Source: Candidatus Saccharimonadota bacterium
GTDB taxonomy: Bacteria > Bacteroidota > Bacteroidia > Flavobacteriales > Blattabacteriaceae
Assembly: GCF_024818015.1 (NCBI RefSeq)
Contig: NZ_CP093908.1
Span: forward strand, 90,001-122,000
Direction of reading: 5' to 3'
Length of the DNA: 32,000 nt
Part shown: positions 9,370 to 17,131 of the stretch, piece after piece
How the letters are laid out: each line of letters opens with the position of its first letter
Position numbering within the stretch: position 1 is the stretch's first letter
The notes under the pieces: model-generated
What the model was told of the DNA's origin: nothing
Database searches by the model: none
What the model saw: only the letters and a program-made list of their open reading frames with translations
Made by a program: the position numbers and the translations under genes

Positions 9370-10441
9370 AAATGCAAAATTTATTTTAGAGGATGGTAGT
9401 CTTTATGAAGCTTATAGTTTTGGTTATGAAAAATCCTCAGCTGGAGAAATTGTTTTTAATACTTCAATGACTGGTTATAATGAAAGTTTAACTGATCCTT
9501 CTTATAAAGGCCAAATATTAGTTTATACTTATCCATTAATTGGAAATTATGGAATTCCTAAAATAATTTCAGAAAAAAAAAATATAAAAAAATTTTTTGA
9601 ATCAAATAATATTCATGTTTCTGGATTAATTACATCTTATTATTTAGATTCTGCATTCCACTGGAATATGTATAAAAAATTATCATATTTTTTAAAAATA
9701 AATAATACAGTAGGGATCTATGGAATAGATACAAGATCACTTACAAAAAAACTTAGAGATAAAGGAACTATGTTAGGAAAAATTATCATCTCAGATAATG
9801 TAAAATTTTATAATCCAGATAACTATAATTTAGTAGATAAGGTATCTATAAAAAAAAAAACAATATATGGGGATGGAAAACAGAAAATTTTGCTTATAGA
9901 TTGTGGAGTAAAAAATAATATTATTAGATGTTTTTTAGAAAGAGATTGCACTGTAATAAGAGTTCCTTGGAATTATAATAATTTGATAAATGAAGAATAT
10001 GATGGTTTATTTATTTCTAATGGTCCAGGAAATCCAAAAGGATATAAAACTACAATAAATAATATTAGTAAAGCTTTTATTTGTAATAAACCGATTTTTG
10101 GTATATGTTTAGGAAATCAATTATTAGGTCTTGCTGCTGGTTTTTATACACATAAACTTAAATATGGTCATAGAAGTAATAATCAACCTGTAATTTTATC
10201 AGGAACTAATAGGTGTTTTATAACTTCACAAAATCATGGATATGTAATAGATTCAAATAAAATTCCAAATGGATGGAAAATTTTTTTTAAAAATTTAAAT
10301 GATAATACTTGTGAAGGATTAATAAATTATGAGAAAAATTTTATTTCAGTTCAATTTCATCCGGAAGCATCAAGTGGACCTACTGATAGTCAATTTCTTT
10401 TTGATGTATTTTTGAATTTTATAAAAACAAATAATAATTGA
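9359..10441 (+). CDS. carA: carbamoyl-phosphate synthase small (glutaminase) subunit
   Basis: 360 aa. N-terminal FNTSMTGYNESLTDPSYKGQILVYTYPLIGNYG. The glutamine amidotransferase triad region is PIFGICLGNQLL ... VQFHPE. Ends with TGA. Confidence 0.93.
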   Translation: MINKNAKFILEDGSLYEAYSFGYEKSSAGEIVFNTSMTGYNESLTDPSYKGQILVYTYPLIGNYGIPKIISEKKNIKKFFESNNIHVSGLITSYYLDSAFHWNMYKKLSYFLKINNTVGIYGIDTRSLTKKLRDKGTMLGKIIISDNVKFYNPDNYNLVDKVSIKKKTIYGDGKQKILLIDCGVKNNIIRCFLERDCTVIRVPWNYNNLINEEYDGLFISNGPGNPKGYKTTINNISKAFICNKPIFGICLGNQLLGLAAGFYTHKLKYGHRSNNQPVILSGTNRCFITSQNHGYVIDSNKIPNGWKIFFKNLNDNTCEGLINYEKNFISVQFHPEASSGPTDSQFLFDVFLNFIKTNNN

Positions 10442-13400
10442 AATTAGAAAAAGTATTAGTGATAGGATCCGGTGCCTTGAAAATAGGAGAAGCTGGAGAA
10501 TTTGATTATTCTGGAACACAAGCTTTAAAAGCTCTTAAGGAAGAAAAGATTTTTACGATTTTAGTAAATCCTAATATTGCTACAGTTCAAACATCTGAAA
10601 AAATAGCTGATAAAATTTATTCATTACCTATTACACCTTTTTTTGTTGAAAAAATAATTAAAAGAGAAAAACCACAAGGAATATTTATTTCATTTGGTGG
10701 GCAAACAGCTTTAAATTGTGGAATTGAATTATATAATTCTGGCGTGTTTAAAAAAAACAATGTCAAAGTTTTAGGAACTCCTATATCCTATATTATTAAA
10801 AGTGAAGATCGTGATATATTTAGACAAATGTTAATTAATAGAGGCATAAATATAGCTAAAAGTATAGCTGTAAATTCTGTATCTGAGGCTATAGATGCAT
10901 CTAATGAAATAGTATTTCCTTTAATTATTAGATCTGCTTATGCTCTGGGGGGTTTGGGGAGTGGATTGGCTAAAAATGTATATGAATTTAAAAAAATATC
11001 AAGTGTTGCATTATCTTATTCTTCTCAAATTCTTATAGAAGAATCTCTAAAAGGTTGTAAAGAAATTGAATATGAAGTTGTAAGAGATATTTATGATAAT
11101 TGTATTACTGTATGTAATATGGAAAATATAGATCCTATAGGAATTCATACTGGAGATAGTATTGTAGTTGCTCCTTCTCAAACATTGAATAATATAGAAT
11201 ATAATAAATTACGATTTCTTGCTCTAAAAATAGCTAGATATTTTAATATAATAGGTGAATGTAATGTTCAATTTGCTTTGTCTAATAATTCATATAAATA
11301 TAATGTTATTGAGATAAATGCTCGTTTATCAAGATCAAGTGCTTTAGCTTCTAAAGCGACAGGATATCCTTTAGCCTTTATAGCTGCTAAATTAGCATTA
11401 GGATATGGATTATATGAATTAAAAAATACTGTTACTAAATTAACCTCTGCATTTTTTGAACCAGCTTTAGATTATATTGTTTGTAAAATACCCCGTTGGG
11501 ATTTAAATAAATTTTCTGGCGTATCTACTAAAATTGGTAGTAGTATGAAAAGTGTAGGTGAGTTAATGTCTATAGGTGGTTCGTTTGAAGAAGCTTTTCA
11601 AAAAGGACTTAGAATGTTAGATTTAGGGTTATATGGATTGATCAATCCATTTAAAAATAAAAAAAATCTAAAATCAGTAATAAAGATTTTAAAATCTCCT
11701 AAATATAATAGAATAGAAGTGATTGAGGATGCATTTGAAAATGGATTATCAGTAGATAATCTAACATATATTACAAATATAAATCCTTGGTTTCTTTCTA
11801 GATTAGAAAATCTTTTTAAAACTAAAAAAAAAATCCAATCTTTTTATAATTTCAATTATATTCCATATGAATTATTATATCAATCAAAAAAAAAAGGATT
11901 TTCAGATAATCAAATTGCAGGACTTATATCTTCATCAATTTATGAAGTACCGTCAATAGCAAAGATTATAAGAAATTATAGGAATCAAAAAAATATAATC
12001 CCCTTTGTAAGGCAAATTGATACATTAGCATCTGAATATCCATCAAAAACTAATTATTTATATTTAACTTATAATGGAGAACATCATGATATTTCGTATT
12101 ATGAAAATAATAAATCAATTGTGATTTTAGGATCAGGTGTATATAGAATTGGTAGTAGTGTTGAATTTGATTGGTGTTGTGTTAGTGGATTAGATTTTTT
12201 AAAAAAAGAAGGATATCGTTCAGTAATAATAAATTATAATCCAGAAACAGTAAGTACAGATTTTGATGTCTGTGATAGATTATATTTTGAAGAACTTAGT
12301 TTCGAAAGAGTATTAGATATAATAGAATTAGAAAATCCTGAAGGAACTGTTATCTCTATGGGGGGACAAATTCCAAATAATTTATCATTAAATCTTTATA
12401 AAAAAAAACTAAAAATATTAGGTACTTCTCCAATTAATATAGATGAAGTAGAAGATAGATATAAATTTTCTAAATTTCTAGATAAATTAGATATAGTTCA
12501 ACCAAAATGGAAAGAATTATCTAATCTTTCTGATGTTTATAATTTTATTAAATTAGTAGGATTTCCTCTTCTTATAAGACCTTCTTATGTCTTATCTGGA
12601 GCTGCTATGAATATAGTTTTTGATAAAAGTAATTTAGATTTCTGTTTAAAACAGGCTAAAACAATATCTCATAACTATCCTATAGTTATAACTAAATTTA
12701 TAGAAAATGCAAAAGAAATAGAATTAGATGCTGTTGCTAATAATGGGAAAATTATCTATAATGCTATTTCAGAACATATAGAATATGCAGGTGTTCATTC
12801 TGGAGATGCAACATTAGTATATCCTCCTCAAAATCTTTCATTAAATACTATCAAAAAAATCAAAAATATTTCCAAAAAAATAGCTAAAAGATTTAATATT
12901 TCCGGTCCATTTAATATCCAATTTTTGTATAAAAACAAAAACATCCAAGTCATTGAATGTAACTTAAGAGCTTCAAGAAGTTTTCCTTTTATATCAAAAG
13001 TATCACATTTTAATATAGTAGAATTAGCTATGAAAGTACTTTTAAAATCTAAAAAGTTTTATAAAACAAAATCTAATTTTTTAACAATTAATTATGTCGG
13101 TGTAAAATCTTCACAATTTTCCTTTTCTAGGCTTGAAGGGTCAGACCCAATATTAGGTGTAGATATGGTATCTACAGGAGAAGTAGGATGTTTAGGGTAT
13201 ACTTTTAATGAAGCTTTAATAAAATCTATGTTATCTGTTGGATATAATATCCCCAAAAAAAAGATATTTATTTCTATAAATTCTATAAAAAATAGAAAAA
13301 TAATGTTTAATTATATTAAATTATTAATTTTAAATAATTATATGATTTTTTCTAAAAATGGAACTTATAATTTTTTTATTGAGAATAATATTCTTTGTAA

Positions 13401-13620
13401 GAAGATTGATGATACAATTGATAATTTAAAAACAATAGATCTTATTATTAATATAACATATAAAAATAATAAAAATGATTATTTAATTAGACGTGCAGCT
13501 ATAGATTTTAATATTCCTTTATTAACTAATATTTGCTTAGCAAGAGCATTTATAATTTCATTTTGTGAAATTAAATCATTTAAAAGAATTCCGATATTAC
13601 CTTGGAATAGTTATAAATAA
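10438..13620 (+). CDS. carB: carbamoyl-phosphate synthase large subunit
   Basis: 1060 aa with duplicated ATP-grasp halves (VLVIGSGALKIGEAGEFDYSG and IVILGSGVYRIGSSVEFDWC). There is no ATG near the conserved N-terminus. The TTG at 10438 overlaps the carA stop as TTGA. Confidence 0.93.
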   Translation: MKLEKVLVIGSGALKIGEAGEFDYSGTQALKALKEEKIFTILVNPNIATVQTSEKIADKIYSLPITPFFVEKIIKREKPQGIFISFGGQTALNCGIELYNSGVFKKNNVKVLGTPISYIIKSEDRDIFRQMLINRGINIAKSIAVNSVSEAIDASNEIVFPLIIRSAYALGGLGSGLAKNVYEFKKISSVALSYSSQILIEESLKGCKEIEYEVVRDIYDNCITVCNMENIDPIGIHTGDSIVVAPSQTLNNIEYNKLRFLALKIARYFNIIGECNVQFALSNNSYKYNVIEINARLSRSSALASKATGYPLAFIAAKLALGYGLYELKNTVTKLTSAFFEPALDYIVCKIPRWDLNKFSGVSTKIGSSMKSVGELMSIGGSFEEAFQKGLRMLDLGLYGLINPFKNKKNLKSVIKILKSPKYNRIEVIEDAFENGLSVDNLTYITNINPWFLSRLENLFKTKKKIQSFYNFNYIPYELLYQSKKKGFSDNQIAGLISSSIYEVPSIAKIIRNYRNQKNIIPFVRQIDTLASEYPSKTNYLYLTYNGEHHDISYYENNKSIVILGSGVYRIGSSVEFDWCCVSGLDFLKKEGYRSVIINYNPETVSTDFDVCDRLYFEELSFERVLDIIELENPEGTVISMGGQIPNNLSLNLYKKKLKILGTSPINIDEVEDRYKFSKFLDKLDIVQPKWKELSNLSDVYNFIKLVGFPLLIRPSYVLSGAAMNIVFDKSNLDFCLKQAKTISHNYPIVITKFIENAKEIELDAVANNGKIIYNAISEHIEYAGVHSGDATLVYPPQNLSLNTIKKIKNISKKIAKRFNISGPFNIQFLYKNKNIQVIECNLRASRSFPFISKVSHFNIVELAMKVLLKSKKFYKTKSNFLTINYVGVKSSQFSFSRLEGSDPILGVDMVSTGEVGCLGYTFNEALIKSMLSVGYNIPKKKIFISINSIKNRKIMFNYIKLLILNNYMIFSKNGTYNFFIENNILCKKIDDTIDNLKTIDLIINITYKNNKNDYLIRRAAIDFNIPLLTNICLARAFIISFCEIKSFKRIPILPWNSYK

Positions 13621-14573
13621 TGAAACAATTTATTAGTGTAAATGATGTAAAAGATGTTAAAAAACTTATCTATAAAGCTATAGAATTTAAAAAAAATCCT
13701 TTTCTTTCAAAAACAATTGGGAATAATAAAACTATTGGATTGGTGTTTTTTAATCCTAGTTTAAGAACACGTTTAAGTAGTCAAAAAGCAGCTTTTAATA
13801 TAGGTTGTAATACTTGGATATTAAATATAAATTCAGATTCTTGGAAAATAGAAACATCTGATGGTTCAGTTATGAATTCTACACATACACAAGAACATAT
13901 TAAAGAAGCTATAGGTGTAATGAGTTTATATTGTGATATCTTAGCTGTAAGAACATTTCCAGGTCTTATTGATAGAGAATATGATTATCAAGAAATATTA
14001 CTTAAAAAAATAATCAACTATTCAAAAGTATCAGTAGTTAATCTTGAAAGTGCAACTTTACATCCCTTACAATCATTAGCAGATTTAATTACAATTGAAG
14101 AATTTAAAAAAAAACAAAAACTAAAAATAGTTTTAAGTTGGGCCCCTCATATAAAAGCATTACCTCAATCAGTTCCAAATTCGTTTATAGAATGGGTAAA
14201 ACAACTTAAAAATATAAAATTATATATTACTAATCCAGATGGATATAATTTGAATAGTCATTTGACAAATGGAATAAAATTTATTAAAAATCAAAATGAA
14301 GCCTTTAAAGATGCTGATTTTATATATGCCAAAAATTGGAGTAGTTATGATAATTATGGTAAGATTCTTTGTAAGGATTTATCTTGGACTATCACAAATA
14401 AAAAAATGAAATTATCGAATAATGCTAAATTTATGCATTGTTTACCAGTAAGAAGAAATTTAGTAGTAGAAGATTCTGTTTTAGATGATAAAAATTCCAT
14501 TGTTTTAAATCAAGCAGAAAATCGAATTTTTGCTACACAAACAGTCTTTCTAGAAATCTTAGATATGATATGA
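13620..14573 (+). CDS. argF': N-acyl-L-ornithine carbamoyltransferase (Bacteroidota argF'-type, N-succinyl- or N-acetyl-ornithine specific), not a canonical OTCase
   Basis: 317 aa. It carries the carbamoyl-phosphate motifs SLRTR and HPLQ and the motif HCLPVRRN. It lacks the canonical OTCase DxxxSMG ornithine loop and has SWAPH and FIYAKNW segments, as I remember for Bacteroides/Xanthomonas acyl-ornithine transcarbamylases. 1-nt overlap with carB (TAATG). Confidence 0.85.
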   Translation: MKQFISVNDVKDVKKLIYKAIEFKKNPFLSKTIGNNKTIGLVFFNPSLRTRLSSQKAAFNIGCNTWILNINSDSWKIETSDGSVMNSTHTQEHIKEAIGVMSLYCDILAVRTFPGLIDREYDYQEILLKKIINYSKVSVVNLESATLHPLQSLADLITIEEFKKKQKLKIVLSWAPHIKALPQSVPNSFIEWVKQLKNIKLYITNPDGYNLNSHLTNGIKFIKNQNEAFKDADFIYAKNWSSYDNYGKILCKDLSWTITNKKMKLSNNAKFMHCLPVRRNLVVEDSVLDDKNSIVLNQAENRIFATQTVFLEILDMI

Positions 14574-15334
14574 TTAATGTCGTTAAAATTGGGGGGGATA
14601 TTATAGAGGATAAAAAAATATTAATTTATTCTTTAAAAGAATTTTCTAAATTAGATGGATATAAAATCCTAGTTCATGGAGGAGGAAAAATAGCTGATGG
14701 TTTTTCTAAAAAAATGGGATATCATCAGAAAATGATAAATGGTAGACGTATTACAGATAAAACTACATTAGATATAGTAGTAATGACATATTCTGGGATT
14801 ATAAATAAAAAACTAGTATCCAACTTACAAAGTTTAGGATTAAATTCTATAGGATTTTCTGGAGCTGATGGAAATCTAGTTAAATCATATAAACGGCCTG
14901 TTAAAGATATAGATTATGGATATGTTGGGAATTTAAAAAAAAAAAATAGCATTAATACTGATTTAATAAAATTTTTGTTTAAAATTGGTATAATTCCTGT
15001 TTTATCTCCTATTACTCATGATGGAAATGGAAATCTATTAAATACAAATGCAGATACGATAGCTTCTTATTTAGCTATTTCTTTATCAAAAGATTATAAA
15101 GTAATTTTAACATATTGTTTTAATAAAATTGGTATATTAAATAATTTAAATGATGAAAAATCATATTATTCTAATATAGAAGAAAATTTATTTAATAAAT
15201 TAAAAATTAATAATATTATTAATAAAGGAATGATTCCAAAATTAGAAAATGCTTTTTTTGCATTAAAAAATGGAGTTTATAAAGTAAAAATATCTAATCC
15301 TAAATATACAAAAAAAACTATTTTATGTCTGTAA
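14570..15334 (+). CDS. argB: N-acyl-glutamate kinase (amino-acid kinase family)
   Basis: 254 aa. Motifs VVKIGG, ILVHGGG, INGRRITD, and LLNTNADT. ATGA overlap with the argF' stop. Confidence 0.9.
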   Translation: MINVVKIGGDIIEDKKILIYSLKEFSKLDGYKILVHGGGKIADGFSKKMGYHQKMINGRRITDKTTLDIVVMTYSGIINKKLVSNLQSLGLNSIGFSGADGNLVKSYKRPVKDIDYGYVGNLKKKNSINTDLIKFLFKIGIIPVLSPITHDGNGNLLNTNADTIASYLAISLSKDYKVILTYCFNKIGILNNLNDEKSYYSNIEENLFNKLKINNIINKGMIPKLENAFFALKNGVYKVKISNPKYTKKTILCL

Positions 15335-16419
15335 TAGATTTAAAAAATCTAAAAAAAGAATGTATTAAGTTATTAAAAAAACTGATTTCCACCCCTTCTC
15401 TCTCAAAAGAAGAACACAAAACTGCAGATATACTAGAATCTTTTTTAAGAAAAAGAAAATTAAATCCAAAAAGAAAAGATAATAATCTATGGATTGAAAA
15501 TCATAATTACGATAATGATCATTATACAATCCTATTAAATTCTCATCATGATACTATTAAACCGTCTAACGGATGGGAGACAGATCCATTTCTAGCTAAA
15601 GAATATGGAAATAAAATTATTGGATTAGGAAGTAATGATGCAGGAGGTTCTGTTGTTTCATTGATTGCAACTTTTATTTATATTAATAGTTTACCTAAAT
15701 TTAAATATAAACTTATACTTATTATAAGTGCTGAAGAAGAAATTCGTGCCACAAGAGGAGTAGAAAGTATATTATGTAATTTAGGTAAAATAAATTTAGG
15801 TATTATAGGAGAACCTACAAATATGCAGATGGCAATAGCTGAAAAAGGATTAATTGTTTTAGATTGTTTATCTATTGGAACAACTGGTCATGCTGCAAGA
15901 TTTGAAGGTATAAATGCCTTATATCTTGCAATAGATGACATAATCTGGTTAAAAAATTATGTTTTTCAAAACCAATCCGATTTATTAGGAAATATAAAAT
16001 TAACCGTAACAAAAATCCAATGTGGTATACAGAGAAATGTTATACCAGATACTTGTTATTTTACTGTAGATATTAGAACTAATGAAATCTATTCTCATGA
16101 ATATATTCTAAATAAAATTAAAAAAAATCTAAAGTCTAAAATAATATCAAGTTCTTATAGACTTAAATCATCTTATATAGATCCTAATCATAATATTGTA
16201 AAAACAGCTAAAAATCTTAATATCAAAATCTTTGGATCTCCCACTTTATCTGATCAAAGTGTAATGAATTTTACGACAGTAAAACTAGGAGTAGGGGATA
16301 GTTCCCGTTCTCATACTCCTAATGAGTATATACTTAGATCAGAAATAGAGAATGGAATTGACTTATATATCAATCTTTTACTTTTACTTAATTTAAGGTC
16401 TGGTAGTTCAGATGGTTAG
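15325..16419 (+). CDS. argE: M20-family deacylase (acetylornithine deacetylase / acyl-citrulline deacylase-like)
   Basis: 364 aa. M20 signatures are LNSHHDTIKP, GLGSNDAGGS, SAEEEI, and GEPT. It is the last gene of the arg block and overlaps argB by 10 nt. The last 23 nt, including the TAG stop, lie inside the tRNA-Asp gene. Confidence 0.8.
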   Translation: MSVIDLKNLKKECIKLLKKLISTPSLSKEEHKTADILESFLRKRKLNPKRKDNNLWIENHNYDNDHYTILLNSHHDTIKPSNGWETDPFLAKEYGNKIIGLGSNDAGGSVVSLIATFIYINSLPKFKYKLILIISAEEEIRATRGVESILCNLGKINLGIIGEPTNMQMAIAEKGLIVLDCLSIGTTGHAARFEGINALYLAIDDIIWLKNYVFQNQSDLLGNIKLTVTKIQCGIQRNVIPDTCYFTVDIRTNEIYSHEYILNKIKKNLKSKIISSSYRLKSSYIDPNHNIVKTAKNLNIKIFGSPTLSDQSVMNFTTVKLGVGDSSRSHTPNEYILRSEIENGIDLYINLLLLLNLRSGSSDG

Positions 16420-16470
16420 AATACGTGCCTGTCACACACGAGGTCATGGGTTCGAATCCCATCCAGACCG
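16397..16470 (+). tRNA. tRNA-Asp (anticodon GTC)
   Basis: Hand-folded: acceptor GGTCTGG/CCAGACC, anticodon stem CGTGC/ACACG (one G/A mismatch at the loop-proximal position, otherwise Watson-Crick) with loop CTGTCAC, T arm ATGGG-TTCGAAT-CCCAT, discriminator G. The 5' 23 nt overlap the argE ORF. Confidence 0.9.
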
Positions 16471-16517
16471 CCTTGTGACCTGTCTCGAGACCGCCTTGTG
16501 ACCTGGCTGGGTCTCGA
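16466..16517. repeat. tandem duplication (23-nt and 29-nt units) spanning the 3' ends of the convergent tRNA-Asp and tRNA-Lys genes
   Basis: GACCGCCTTGTGACCTG occurs at 16466-16482 and again at 16489-16505. Each copy is followed by TCTCGA, directly in unit 1 and after an extra GCTGGG in unit 2. The junction creates the palindrome GTCTCGAGAC (16482-16491). Confidence 0.8.
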
Positions 16518-16571
16518 ACCCAGGACCCTTACATTAAAAGTGTAATGCTCTACCAACTGAGCTACCAAGTC
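16499..16571 (-). tRNA. tRNA-Lys (anticodon TTT)
   Basis: The reverse complement folds as acceptor GACTTGG/CCAGGTC (one G-U pair), D arm GCTC-AGTTGGTA-GAGC, anticodon stem TTACA/TGTAA with loop CTTTTAA, T arm CTGGG-TTCGAGA-CCCAG, discriminator A. Confidence 0.9.
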
Positions 16572-16615
16572 ATGTCATTATTTCTAAATATAATTTTTTT
16601 TTGATTTAAAATCAA

Positions 16616-17131
16616 ATGATTTTTAAAATAATCCTAATAGGATATATGGGGTCTGGAAAGACAACTATAGGTAAAAAATTGGCTAATAATTTAAATCAGA
16701 AATTTTATGATTTAGATCAAAAAATTATAAAATATACTAAAAAAAGTATCTCTGAGCTATTTGAAATATATGGTGAAAAAAAATTCAGAAAGTTAGAATT
16801 TAATATTTTAAATTGTTTTTTTAAAACCAAAAAATCCTATATTTTATCAGTAGGGGGGGGGACTCCTTGTTATAAACATAACATGTTTTTAATGAAAAAA
16901 AATTCAAAAATCATTTATTTAAATGCTGAAATAAATACGTTATTTACCCGTATTTTAAATCAAAAAGAAAATAGACCTTTAATATCAAAATTATCTAATA
17001 ATGATTTATATCATTTTATTTGTGATTCTTTGAGGAAAAGATTTTTTTTTTATAAAAAAGCTGATTCTACAATCTATATAGAGAATAAATCATTTTTAGA
17101 TATAGTAAAAGAAATAAAATATGTTTTATAA
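16616..17131 (+). CDS. aroK: shikimate kinase
   Basis: 171 aa. Walker A is IGYMGSGKTTIGKKLA, followed by FYDLDQ and SVGGGTP, as is typical of AroK. Confidence 0.9.
   Translation: MIFKIILIGYMGSGKTTIGKKLANNLNQKFYDLDQKIIKYTKKSISELFEIYGEKKFRKLEFNILNCFFKTKKSYILSVGGGTPCYKHNMFLMKKNSKIIYLNAEINTLFTRILNQKENRPLISKLSNNDLYHFICDSLRKRFFFYKKADSTIYIENKSFLDIVKEIKYVL

Noticed and set aside
9027-9377. 116-aa minus-strand ORF antisense to the argD 3' end and carA start
   Set aside because: It lies entirely within well-supported plus-strand genes. The sequence is low-complexity and F/I/K/L-rich, as expected from the reverse complement of A+T-rich coding DNA, and has no recognisable motif.
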